Assembly: GCA_964016885.1 (NCBI GenBank)
Contig: OZ024743.1
Span: 231,136,001 to 231,200,000, forward strand
From: Eledone cirrhosa
Lineage: Eukaryota
Direction of reading: 5' to 3'
Length of the DNA stretch: 64,000 nucleotides
Positions 40,201 to 53,439 of this stretch are shown here, in pieces. A program made the position numbers and the translations under genes. Within the stretch, counting starts at the first letter, position 1. Every line of letters begins with the position of its first letter. A model generated the notes under the pieces. That model was given only the letters and a program-made list of their open reading frames with translations. It did no database searches and was not told the origin of the DNA.

Positions 40201-41257
40201 TCCATGGATGAAAAACTGCATGCCTATCACCAAAAAATCAGGCATGGATATGTTGCCAGGAAGCTCCAGAGTGAGAGTAATATAGATAAGGAAAGTAGTC
40301 TATCTTGGACCAACAACCGCTATATTGGCTCCCACTTTGAATGATACGCTTTTGCAATCCAGGAACAGGAGATTAGCACGAAATACCTGATTCACAAAAG
40401 AGATATGTATGCAGGCAAAACACCTAGATGTGATAACAAGTGCAGACACTGCAAAACTAGCATCGAGGATATCACCCATGTCATCACCTGCTGTCCAAAG
40501 ATGTCATCGCGGTACTATCTACCTATGAGGCATGGTGTAGTGACCAAAACACTGGACAATGCAGTTCGTAACAAAGATAGCCCCGATAATAAACACATTA
40601 AAAGCTACAGCAATGTTGAAGACATCCACATAAATAATATGAAAGAGTACTGTGGGAATGTTCCAGTAAAAACCCCAATAAAATGCAGGTATAACAGACC
40701 AGATATTATGATATGGGACAGTGAGAAGAAAGCATGCACGGTAGTGGAAATTAGCTGCCCAGAAGATGCCAATATAATATCAAAGATTAGTGAAAAGGAG
40801 AACATTTATGCAGAACTGATGAGAAATTCTGCAGATACTCCACCCTGATGACACCTTCAGATTTATGCCTGTGATTATTGGGGCACTGGGATATGTTAGT
40901 AACTGCCTCAATACAAATCTTGAGAAACTGGGCTTCACAGGAACAGACAGAACACAACTAGTTAGGAAATTACAGTACAATCCATTAATGGAACAGTAAA
41001 AATATGTAAGACATTCCAAAAATGTTGCATCTAATAACTGCATATACACATATACAGATGCAAAGCATATACAAATGCACACATACAATTCAAAACATAC
41101 ACATCCACACATACAATAACATCCATATCTACACATGCATACATACATACCTACCTAGTTGATGTTGTGTAAATTCCAATGAGAGAGTCTTGTGTCTATG
41201 TTAGAAACCGACTCTCTCTCTATTGGTAAAACTTTGTGAAATTATAAAACCAGAAGA
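37201..41257 (+). mobile_element. Full-length decayed R4-clade RLE LINE (second family)
   Basis: N-terminal GYMNRMKLHW..LRQQA; RT YRPIAC, DYRKAFDS, GIFQGDSLS, FVDDLK; CCHC CRHC..HVITCC; RLE RPDIMIWD..VEISCP; flanked by (CATA)n. Confidence 0.88.
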
Positions 41258-41367
41258 ACATACATATATATATGTTTGTATGTATCATAAATATATACAA
41301 ATGTGTATGTATTTATTTGTCCACTTGTGTATGTTTGTTCGTGTGCACGCGTATTTTCGTGTGTGTA

Positions 41368-41420
<53 letters not shown>

Positions 41421-41839
41421 TTTTAAAAAAATAATAAAAATAATGAATAATTTGTGATAAATATGACATTCGTAAACTAAGAAAATAACATAATTATTAG
41501 ATCGCAGAAAGAGTTAATTTAAATCGAAATTTCGATGGCTTTTGCTTAATGAATTCTCTGTAATATCATCCATTAAATATTTATAAATATGTTCTGCTTA
41601 TTCTAATAATTATCTCTGTAATTGCTGAACATGTTTAGAATATTTTAGGGAAATTTTGTTGGAAATTTTGTTACATATTTTCAAGATTAAATATTATATT
41701 TCGTTGATTTTACATAATTTTAACAGCACCGGTAGAAATATAAATTTTCAAACTTAAAGAGGGATAAAGAAAAAAATAACCGTAGAAAAGGGATATAAAA
41801 AATGAAAGGGGTTGAAAGGCCATACACGCATACATATAT

Positions 41840-42225
<386 letters not shown>

Positions 42226-42590
42226 AAGGTCAGAGTGGAGAGAGAGAGGTGCCACACCCCAGTAAATTCGCTGAAAGGTGGGTGAATGTGGCAAAAATGG
42301 CCCGAGTGAATGGGCCTTCTCTGTATATAAACCTGTAGGTTGAGGAAGATAAACAAAGGGAAGACAGGAACACCTACAAAACGTGTTCCTGGTGTTGGGG
42401 GTTGTTCTATCCACGGGGTGTAAAACAACCTAGAAGTAACGTTCTCCCCTATTGGGGATTTCAATTGTTATTTTATTATATATAGTTTATTGTTATTTAT
42501 TAATGTTTAAGTTATTCTTATGTAAAACCCCCGCCGTCACGTCTTGTAATATCCCATTTATGTTCGCCACTGTGGCAAATAAAGAAAGAT
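42226..42590 (+). mobile_element. Short Tx1/L1 3' fragment
   Basis: KFAERWVNVAKMARVNGPSLYINL*; CCCCTATTGGGG; TGTGGCAAATAAAG. Confidence 0.85.
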
Positions 42591-42615
42591 ATCTATATAT
42601 ATACACACACATACG

Positions 42616-42666
<51 letters not shown>

Positions 42667-42689
42667 GTATATATATTTATATATATTGA

Positions 42690-42785
42690 AAAGATAACAA
42701 GGACGATTGGTTACTCCTTCATTACATTTATTGGTAGGTGACGCGCGTCTCGTTACTGATCACCTCAAGGTTCGCTCCCTAGATA

Positions 42786-42827
<42 letters not shown>

Positions 42828-43720
42828 TATTTATATTTCAATATATAACCTAAAATGGATGGCAACTAAGTATGTTTTTGGCGGTACTCAGAATGTCATG
42901 ATGATACCAGTTTACTTAATTTCGCGGTTTATCTACCTTTAGCCTTTATGAAAAACTATGTTTGCTTACAGTGCTGAATGATTTTCTGTAAATCATTTGT
43001 AATTAAGTTCTTTTTTTCTGATATAGAGGAGCAACGCACGGTGGAATATATTTTTTTAAGTTGGATACACATGCTACTTTGTGTCGCAGATGTGTGCGAA
43101 GGGAACTGTCATTCGGTAACCAGTCGAGTTTATTTTCCTTGTAGCCGAGTGGGCGTTGGCTTTGTTGCCGCTATCTATTTTGTGTGTGGTGGACCTCTCC
43201 TGGTGTATATTCTGTGTTTGTTTATGTGGAAGCCACAAGTAAAGGGCGAATTTTGTGCAGTATTAGCAAGGGTTTCTTTGTTCACCACTAGCATTAAGAG
43301 AGGCATTTCTATCGAACAAGTTCTTCAACATTAGAATTCTCTCAGCGCTTCAGACCCCACATTTCCGGGATCTTGCGATATAGGGTCTGCATATCTTTTC
43401 AAACATCCGGGTGGGTCAATGTTGCGGATTGTCCTCTTCCAGTCTTCGGACATAATTGGAGAGATTTTGTTGTATTCCTTTTCCCGCGGCCAGAGAAAGA
43501 CACCGTATAGTTAGTGTAGCGTTTGTTTTCTGCAGCACTATGTGACCAACATATTGCTTGAAGGATTTGGTGTAGTCTGAGATTGTTTAATCACTGTTGC
43601 TTCATAATATGTTGACTCTCTTTTACAGGTCCCAAATATTGGTCTGTATCTCTCTTTCTACAAAGCAACTGGGTATTTTAAGGTTTGTTAGATAGAAGAT
43701 ACAACGACTTGATGAAAATA
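42690..43720 (-). mobile_element. Decayed Penelope-like element: GIY-YIG endonuclease remnant and 3' pLTR
   Basis: Across frameshifts, minus strand 43620-43315 reads YEATV..KQYVG..KRYTNYTVSF..NTTK/LSNYVRRL..CRPY..RKCGV*SAERIL; remnant CGAGACGCGCGTC and AATAAA near 42750. Confidence 0.7.
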
Positions 43721-44338
43721 ACATCACTAGCAATTGTTATTACTGCTAAGCCAAACACATACGATAGCATCAACAGAGTGGAGAATCATAAAGCAGACAG
43801 CCTACGGTGAGATGATAGGATAGAGAAGTTTCTCAAAGGAAATTTCTTTATCACCACCATAAATATACCTTGTCCCACTGCGAGTTTGATTTGCTAAGAT
43901 TAATCAGATATTGTCATGAAACTCTGAATACTGACGAAAATATATGATTAAATTACATATTATACCTCTATGTTTTCATATTTAGTGCAACATTATTTTT
44001 TTGTTCATCCAATTCACATTCAGATATCTATATATATATATAAAATATTCAGATAACTATATATATATAAAAGGAAAAAATGAAACGAAATTTCATTTCT
44101 CACTCTTAGTACGGCTGTTACTTAAAAATAAGTATGTATACGTACATACATATATGTATACAGTCGTACAGTAGTATTTATATGTATATATACATACATG
44201 CACATATATATATATATGTACGAATGGATTTACCGAACATTTATTATAATACTCGGTTTGTTTGTAAACAAACATCCCGAATTAAGCCGTACAGTGCTTA
44301 GCAACCATCGTTGCCCTTTTGTTAACACTGGCAAAGGA

Positions 44339-44381
44339 ACGATGTACTAGTTTCAAGCTTATTAGCTATCGTCAGCACCGT
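44339..44381 (-). ncRNA. Minimal type I hammerhead ribozyme
   Basis: Exact reverse complement of 44970-45012. Confidence 0.8.
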
Positions 44382-44969
44382 ATACCTTCCAGCTAGATGA
44401 TTGAACGTCTGAAAGTATATACTTTCCATATGCATATTAATGGCTGATCAGCCTAATTTGCATATCGATTGAGTTAATCGGCCGGGCGCACGGAAAACGA
44501 TAAACGAAAAAAATGAAACTAAATTTAATTTCTCACACTTAGTACGGCTGCTACTTAAATATAAGTATGTATACGTACATACATATATGTATACAGACGT
44601 AGAGTAGTATGTATATATATATACATGCATGCACACATATATATATGTACGTATGGATTTACCGAACATTTATTATAATGCTCGTATACATATATACGGC
44701 TTAATTCGGGATGTTTGTTTACAAACAAACCGATCATTATAATAAATGTTCGGTCTATATACATATATGTATGCACGTATACATACTTATATTTAAGTAA
44801 CAGCCGTACTAAGAGTGAGAAATGAAATTTCGTTTCATCTTTTCCGTTTATCGTTTTCGGTGCGGCCGGCCGATTAACTCACTCGATATGCAAATTAGGC
44901 TGCTCAGCCGTTAATATGCATATGGAAAGTATATACTTTCAGACGTTCAATCGTCTGGCAGGAAGGTAT

Positions 44970-45012
44970 ACGGTGCTGACGATAGCTAATAAGCTTGAAA
45001 CTAGTACATCGT
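44970..45012 (+). ncRNA. Minimal type I hammerhead ribozyme
   Basis: ACGGTG-CTGACGA-TAGCTAATAAGCTT-GAAA-CTAG-TA-CATCGT; 6 bp stem I, palindromic ACTAGT stem III. Confidence 0.8.
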
Positions 45013-45215
45013 TCCTTTGTCAGTGTTGAACAAAAGGGCAACGATGGTTGCTAAGCACTATACGGCTTAATTCGGGATGTTTGTTTATAAACAAACCGAG
45101 CATTATAATAAATGTTCGGTAAATCCACACGTACATATATATATGTGTGCATGTATGTATATATATATACATACTACTGTACAACTGTATACATATATGT
45201 ATGTACGTATACATA

Positions 45216-45360
<145 letters not shown>

Positions 45361-45641
45361 TAAATCATGTCCTTAGAATTATTAGATAAAATATATACCA
45401 TTTCCTCTCCCAATTAGCATAATTAACCATATAAAAAATCAATTAGACCAAGCTATTAGAATAAAGGCTCCTATGAAGAAATTTCCGACAAATAACCGAA
45501 AGCGGCCTATTCGCGGTGGCCCCAATAGAATATTTATCCAACATTTCGACAGCATGTAAAAAATGACTAAATATACCATCAACCATACACAATTAGGTGC
45601 AAATTCAAACTTAGAAGAAATGTGTACATACCGCAATTATA

Positions 45642-45718
45642 TCTCTACCATGGTTTCATCCGTATTTTTAGACATCCAATTAATAGGATAAGTCTGGAGT
45701 ATCGGATTCATCAGGAGA
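45642..45718 (-). ncRNA. Type I hammerhead ribozyme
   Basis: TCTC-CTGATGA-ATCCG...CGGAT-GAAA-CCATGG-TA-GAGA. Confidence 0.85.
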
Positions 45719-46301
45719 CAAACTCAAAATTAGACATTTAGTTTTCCAAAGTGATCGCGCCAAAAATAAATTCAAAAATGGCTAAGAATCGTGACGTGGC
45801 AATGGTCAAGTTAGAAAGAATGTGATTAGTTGCTTACGGCTGGTAGGCTTGTTGCTAGAAAGCGCAGCCCAATATCGCCCAATTGTATCTCAACCTAACG
45901 GGAGATTATTAAATATAAAGATTTACATATACATAAAGTCATAGATAGATATGTTTTGCAACCGGTCACGTTGTGGCTCAACGAAGAATTAATAAATTAA
46001 ATAATCAGAGGAATATATCATAAATAATGTCCTTAGAATTATTAGATAAAATATATACCATTTCCTCTCCCAATTAGCATAATTAACCATATAAAAAATC
46101 AATTAGACCAAGCTATAGGAATAAAGGCTCCTATGAAGAAATTTCCGACAAATAATCGAAAGCGGCCTCTTCGCAGTGGCCCCAATAGAATATTTATCCA
46201 ACATTTCGACAGCATGTAAAAACTGACTAAATATACCATCAACCATACACAATTAGGTGTAAATTCAAACTTAGAAGAAATGTGTACATACCGTAATTAT
46301 G

Positions 46302-46377
46302 TCTCTACCATGGTTTCGTCCGTATTTTTAGACATCCAATAACAGGATACGTTCAGAGTATCGGACTCATCAGGAGT
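46302..46377 (-). ncRNA. Type I hammerhead ribozyme
   Basis: CTC-CTGATGA-GTCCG...CGGAC-GAAA-CCATGG-TA-GAG. Confidence 0.85.
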
Positions 46378-46792
46378 GAACTCAAAATTAGACATTCAAT
46401 TTTCCAAAGTGATCGCGCAAAAATAGATTAAAAAATGGCTAAGAATCGTGACGTGGCAGTGGTCAAGTTAGAAAGAATGTGATTAGTTGCTTACGGTGGA
46501 TAGGCTTGTTGCTAGAAAGCGCAGCCCAATATCGCCCAATTGTATCTCAACCTAACGGGAGATTATTAAATATAAAGATTTACATATACATAAAGTCATA
46601 CATATATATGTTTTGCAACCGGTCACGTTGTGGCTCAATGAAGAATTAATAAATTAAATAATCAGAGAAATATATCATAAATCATGTCCTTAGAATTATT
46701 AGATAAAATATATAACATTTCCTCTCCCAATTAGCATAATTAACCATATAAAAAATCAATTAGACAAAGCTATAAGAATAAAGGCTCTTATG

Positions 46793-46938
46793 TATTTAGG
46801 TTTTCAGTCAATCTATATCTATCTATATATGTATCTATATACCTATTTATCTAACCATATATATATATATATATGGTTAGGTAAAAATATATATAGATAC
46901 ATATATAGATAGATATAGATTGACTGATAACCTAAATG
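46793..46938. repeat. Palindrome with ~70 bp arms centred on (TA)n
   Basis: ATTTAGGTT.TCAGTCAATCTAT / ATAGATTGACTGA.AACCTAAAT. Confidence 0.85.
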
Positions 46939-47399
46939 TACCTGTATGACTATGTATGTATATATGGCAACATACTAAAGGACTGAAACAACCTGCCATG
47001 AATATTACAACAATACGCTACATATATCGAAATATAAAACACATTCCTCCCTAAATTAGAGAAACGTTATAACGATAAGTTATTTATGTTATTGTTGGAT
47101 AATAATATAACAGACTGTCATATAGTATACTGTAAACAATTCCAAGTTACCATATGATATTTATCTTAGGGTCATTTCTTTTCCCTCCGAATTCAAAGTT
47201 TTGTGTTAGACTCACTGACGTAGTGTTTATAAATGTAGACACACATAGATACACACAAACACACAAACAGAGACAAAGGAACACCCACTAACACATACAC
47301 GCACACAGCCATTAAAAAGAATCAAACTTTGTATACCTCAGTTACCAGAGTACATCTCTAATCACGGAGGATTCGTGAGAAATCATCAGGAAGTTCAAG

Positions 47400-47448
47400 G
47401 CTTCCTGATGATTTCTCACAAATGAAACAGTTCTAGTCCTGTAGAAGC
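47400..47448 (+). ncRNA. Type I hammerhead ribozyme
   Basis: GCTTC-CTGATGA-TTTCTCACAAAT-GAAA-CAG..CTG-TA-GAAGC; preceded by a 19 bp inverted copy (47375-47393). Confidence 0.7.
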
Positions 47449-47533
47449 TCTTCTATATTAAAACATTTATACTCTGCTATGTATTGAGTACCTTACTTAC
47501 TGCGGTTAGCTCTGATTCAACCCGGAATAACTT

Positions 47534-47594
<61 letters not shown>

Positions 47595-47623
47595 AAAGAA
47601 TAGAGGTGTAACACAAGTTATGA

Positions 47624-48002
47624 TATATTGGTAAACGGAAAAGAAAATGCTGACAAATTGTTCACAGTGAAAAATAGTTTAATTCGGAATAAGTGAGAAT
47701 TAGTAATAGTATTGGTTAGTATTAAGTTTTGGTTATAAGTTTACCGGTTGCGCATTTCTAATGCTTTTCAAAAATAATTTTGAGATAGAGCGTCCGTGAT
47801 GTTTGCTCTAATGATTAGAGCAAACATCACGGACGCTCTATCTCAAAATTATTTTTGAAAAGCATTAGAAATGCGCAACCGGTAAACTTATAACCAAAAC
47901 TTAATACTAACCAATACTATTACTAATTCTCACTTATTCCGAATTAAACTATTTTTCACTGTGAACAGTTTGTCAGCATTTCCTTTTCCGTTCACCAATA
48001 TA
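47624..48002. repeat. Near-perfect palindrome with ~190 bp arms, centre ~47812
   Basis: ..GTTTGCTCTAAT G ATTAGAGCAAAC..; about 3 mismatches. Confidence 0.95.
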
Positions 48003-48499
48003 TATATATATATATATATGAGTACTTCTGTGAATCGATAGTAGAGGTTTTCACACGTAGTGAGCTTTCGCAATATTTTCTTGGAGATATTAACTGGATT
48101 TTTCTTCATATGAGGAATATATGTCTCCATATCAACTGTTAAACTTAATTATTATCTCGCTTTATTCTTCTTTTCTCTTCTCTTTTATGAAGAAAGCAAA
48201 AACATTTTCGATATATTTTCCATTTCGGAATACATGCATGTGTCCGAAACATTAACTATCTTCACTTTTATGGCAATTCATTCTCTACGCAGTATTTTCT
48301 TCCTTTAGTTCAATAGCTACTGGGTGATCCTACCATTATCGCTATCAATACAATTACCAACCATTTGCACAGTCTTAGTTCCTGATGTATTTCCGGAGAA
48401 GACAACACCTTTGGAGTCAAATAATATTGTATTCATGTATTGCATCATATTTCATATTAATTAGAGAAAACACTGCATAGAATATCAAAGATGCACGTG

Positions 48500-48655
<156 letters not shown>

Positions 48656-48726
48656 TATATATATATATATTTCGTTTCTGAATTTGTTTAGCAAGATTCT
48701 TTATCTGAAAACGTGTGTTGAAACCG

Positions 48727-48808
48727 ATATTGTTATACTTTGGGAGGGTCATGTTGCCAATAAGAAACACACGCACCAGAGGCAACATGACCCTCCAAAA
48801 GTATAACA

Positions 48809-48812
<4 letters not shown>
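48727..48812. repeat. Small hairpin IR (~32 bp arms)
   Basis: ATATTGTTATACTTT.GGAGGGTCATGTTGCC / GGCAACATGACCCTCCAAAAGTATAACAATAT. Confidence 0.85.
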
Positions 48813-48836
<24 letters not shown>

Positions 48837-48841
<5 letters not shown>

Positions 48842-49285
48842 ATTAGTACATCTACCAACATATGTGTACAGATGTACACTTATGCTAGCAAATATATAAG
48901 TTATGTCTTAGTACCTATGTGGTTCTATGCAGGTGAATGCAGAACAATTATATGAAAGACGTAAAATAAGAAAATTTTAAAAATTAAAAATCAACTTACT
49001 TACTAAAATGTTCACTCCAAATAATTAGTTTCTGTAATGGGATAAATATAGTTACATAATATATATAACTATAGAGAATTCATTACGTCATCAGGAAGTC
49101 TATTCTCAGCTAAGTTCCCAGGCAATGCTGATTTTTAATTTTTAAAATTTTCTTATTTTACGTCTTTCATATAATTGTTCTGCATTCACCTGCATAGAAC
49201 CACATAGGTACTAAGACATAACTTATATATTTGCTAGCATAAGTGTACATCTGTACACATATGTTGGTAGATGTACTAATTCTCT
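48837..49285. repeat. Perfect IR (~157 bp arms) with a hammerhead in the spacer
   Basis: 48837-48993 versus 49129-49285. Confidence 0.92.
49014..49099 (-). ncRNA. Degenerate type I hammerhead with a long stem II
   Basis: ACTTC-CTGATGA-CGTAATG...CATTACA-GAAA-CTAATTAT-TT-GGAGT; two closing mismatches. Confidence 0.55.
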
Positions 49286-49489
49286 ATATTTATCTCCAAA
49301 TTATTTGTTGAGCAAAACTTGCCAAAATTTACTGCTGTTTCATGGTAGTAGTAGGCTCTTGTCATAATACCACCCCGCTCCTAACTGATTAACCTCGGTG
49401 TCACGTGATTGATTCTTTAGAATCTGCCACTGACCAGAGGCAGTGACATTTTTTCAGTGCTCCGGAATTTAGTCTTCCACATACAGAAC

Positions 49490-49575
49490 TGATATTGGCT
49501 TGGTTTGTACGGCTGGATGTCCTTCTAAATACCAACCACATTTACAGTGTGTACTGTGTTTTTTGTCGTGACACT
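49490..49575 (+). mobile_element. SINE-like fragment
   Basis: ACGGCTGGATGTCCTTCTAAATACCAACCAC resembles an abundant interspersed repeat, recognised from memory. Confidence 0.35.
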
Positions 49576-49691
49576 ACTTTTGTTTGATATATTTATAATG
49601 TTGTAATGTATGACATTTTGTAAATAGTGTGTATAAATATACTGTAAATATTATCATTTCGAATATAAATGTTGGGTTACTTTAGACTCAG

Positions 49692-49760
<69 letters not shown>

Positions 49761-49942
49761 TATACACAGTTCAAGAGTAACCAATCTTAAAGATAGAGAT
49801 GGAGATAGGAGAGGAGATCGGATAAGAGAGATTGGTGAATTAGTTAGAAGCCAAAGCGTAAAGGCATGTGCTCAATGGGCAATATGCAGTGGAAGGCAGC
49901 TAGGTGGCTGTGATAATGCAGAGGTTTGGTACACAGAGCTGT

Positions 49943-50465
49943 AAATATTCATTAGTTAAGCAAAACAAGACCTCAGATTTCACAAGGAAGACATTATTAA
50001 AAGATTGTCAACATATTTTAGTTTGATGTAAGGAAGGTAGAGAATAATAATAATAATATTATTAATAATAATGGTCTATAATCATTTGATACAGAAATAT
50101 TATATGGAGTAGCGAAACAATTGTAAACGGAAATGATTATTATTAATATTATTAGGGTGGTGAATTGGCAGTATCGGTCGAGGGTTGGACGACATGCTAT
50201 CTAGCATAGTTACGTCCCTTTACAGTCTGAGTTCAAATCCCGCCGAGGTTAACTTTGCCTTTCATCCTTACGGGGTCGATAAAATAAAGAACCAGTAATG
50301 TACTGAGTAATTGCTGGCCTGTTGCCTAAAGTAGAAACAATTATTATTAATATTATTTTTATTATTCTCTACATTTCTTCCATCAAACTAAAATATGTTG
50401 ACAATCTTTTAATAATGTCTTCCTTGTGAAATTTGTGGTCTTGTTTTGCTTAACTAATGAATATT
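49943..50465. repeat. IR (~125 bp arms) interrupted by a SINE
   Basis: 49943-50072 versus 50340-50465. Confidence 0.88.
50155..50340 (+). mobile_element. SINE with target-site duplication ATTATTATTAATATTATT
   Basis: A box-like TGGCAGTATCGG, B box GTTCAAATCC; homologous to 4085-4303. Confidence 0.8.
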
Positions 50466-50654
50466 ATATATATATATAAATATATTTATAATAGTATTAA
50501 TAATAAATTTGAAGACTAAAATCCAAAGAGGGCAAGATAAGGATAAATATATATCAAATATATAAGAACCGTAGAGCAAGTATTTATTAAAATAAGAAAT
50601 TAAAGTTTAAGCAAAGAATTGCTGCTTTCACCCTTAACGCGATCTTCTGAAGAT

Positions 50655-51564
50655 CCCCTTAATTGTAGAGCTAACACAGTTGAAAGGACTCGGCTGGTAT
50701 TTCTAGCTGTCGATAATCCTATTCACAGCACTGGGATGACTCTGGCGTGTGTAGTTTAAACAAATGCAACACGTGCGACGGGTCATTCGCAGATTTGCAT
50801 TTGATGTGTAAACACAGATAGTTAAATCTTCTCCCTTGCTGAAGATTCGGGTTTGTACCACTGTGTGTGTATAGATTAATGGTGAAATACATTTCTTTAA
50901 TGAAATATATACAAGGTAGATTAATCATTTTATATTTGAAGTTCTAGTTAAACTTTAATTATTTAACTACCTAGCTGTGTGTGCTTACTTACTTTACAAT
51001 TTATCCTCTGTGATTATTTCATGTTTATTTTAGATATATATATATGTCAATCAATTTCTAGTTCATATAAAATGCTCGGTTCTATTCATTGGAATATTTG
51101 AGCTTATTCTACGGTGGATATGGCGTATGTCTCGGACATGACTCCCTTAATTTAATTTTGGATATATATACGGCCCCTTAATTGTAGAGCTAACACAGCT
51201 GACAGGCTCGGCATCTATTACTAGCTGTTGATAATCCTATTCACGCCACTGGGATGACGCTGGTACGATGTGTGTAGTTTTAAGAATGCAACACGTGCGA
51301 CGGATCATTCGCAGATTTGCATTTGATGTGCAAACACAGATAGTTAAATCTTTTCCCGTTGCCCAAGATCCGTAATTTGACTACTGCGAGTTTACGGATT
51401 AATGGTGAAATATATTTCTTTAATGAAATATATGCAAGGAAGATTAATCATTTTAAAAGGTATCTATATTTGAAGGTCTAGTTAAACTTTAATTAGTTGC
51501 CTACCTAGCTATGTGTGCTTACACACTTTACAAATTATCCCCTGTCATTTGTTCATGTGCTTAT

Positions 51565-51620
<56 letters not shown>

Positions 51621-53153
51621 AATAAATTTCTAGTTGATATAAAATGCTCGGATCTATTCATTGGCGCATGTCTCGGACATGACTCCCGTAATTTAATTTT
51701 GGACATATATACGACCTCTTAATTGTAGAGCTAACACAGTTGAATGGACCCCACTGGGATGACGATGATACCAGGTGTGTATTTTTAAAAATGCAACACG
51801 TGCTACGGGTCATTCGCAGATTTGCATTTGATGTGTAAACACTGAGAGTTTAATCTTCTCCCTTGATGAAGATCCGTGTTTTGACTACTGCGTGTTTACG
51901 GATAAATGGTGAAATATATTTCTTTAATGAAATATATACAAGGAAGATTAATCATTTTAAAAGGTATCTATATTTGAAGATCTAGTTAAAATTTAAATAG
52001 TTGCCTACCTAGCTGTGTGTGTTTACACACTTTACAAATTATCCCCTGTGATTGTTTCGTGTATTTATTTGAGATATATATATATATATGTCAATCCATT
52101 TCTAGATGATATAAAATGTTCGGTTCTATTCAGTGGATATGGCGCATGTCTCGGACATGACTCCCTTTAATTTAAATTTGGATATATATACGGCCCCTTA
52201 ATTGTAGCGCTAACACCATTGAAAGGACTTGGCTGCTATCTCTAGCTGTCGATAATCCTATTCACGTCACTGCGATGACGCTGATACGATGTGTGTAGTT
52301 TTAATAATGCAACCCGTGCGACGGATCATTCGCAGATTTGCATTTGATATGTACACAGATAGTTTAATCTTCTCCCTTGATGAAGATCCGTGATTTGACT
52401 ACTGCGAGTTTACGTATTAATGGTGAAATATATTTATTTAATGAAATATATGCAAGGAAGTTTAATTATTTCAAAATGTATCTATATTTGAAGTTCTAGT
52501 TAAATTTTACTTAGTTAACTACCTAGCTGTGTGTGCTTACACACTTCACAAATTATCCCCTGCCATTGTTTCATGTATTTATTTTAGATATATATATGTC
52601 TATCAATTTCTATTTGATATAAAATGCTCGGATCTATTCATTGGAATCTTTGAGCTTATTCTACGGTGGATATGGCGCATGTCTCGTACATAACTCGCTT
52701 AATTTAATTTTCGATTTATATACCGCCCCTTAATTTTGGAGCTAACACAGTTAAATGGACTCGTCTGCTATTTCTAGCTGTCGATAATGCTGTTCACGCC
52801 ACTGGGATGACGCTGGTACGATGTGTGTAGTTTTAAAAATGCAACACGTGCGAAGGGTGATTCGCAGATTTGCATTTGATGTGTAAACACAGATAGTTAA
52901 ATCTCCTCCCTTGCTCAATATCCTATATCTGATACTGTGAGTTTACGTATTAATGATGAAATATATTTCTTTAATGAAATATATACAAGGAAGATTGAGC
53001 ATTTTAAAATGTATCTATATTTGAAGTTCTAGTTAAACTTTAATTAGTTAACTACCTAGCTGTGTGTGCTTACACACTTTACAAATTATCCCCTGCGATT
53101 GTTTCATGTGTCTATTTTAGATATATATATATATGTCAATCAATTTCTAGTTG

Positions 53154-53160
<7 letters not shown>
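50655..53160 (+). repeat. Tandem array, ~480-540 bp unit x4.8
   Basis: Unit starts at 50655, 51174, 51715, 52194 and 52726; each has an internal (TA)n. Confidence 0.95.
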
Positions 53161-53214
<54 letters not shown>

Positions 53215-53439
53215 ACATTTAATATAGGCTTCTTGAGTGTTTTATTCGAAGGTAATCATCAGGAAAGCTTTGATGATGATTTCCTCCCAATGATCCTGTA
53301 TATACTCTACTATTACGCGGGACTCACACACAAACGCATACACATACACAAAGAAACACACATACACACGCACACACACAGATATAAATATATATATATA
53401 TATAATATTTAGTTGTAGAGAAAAAGCAAGGAGGTCTGT

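Noticed and set aside
50669-50745. Tandemly repeated exon (AG..GT) in the 520-bp array
   Set aside because: Copies carry frame-breaking indels and deletions
50790-50802. Octamer ATTTGCAT and E-box CACGTG in array units as an snRNA promoter
   Set aside because: No snRNA body is recognisable; recurrence is explained by duplication
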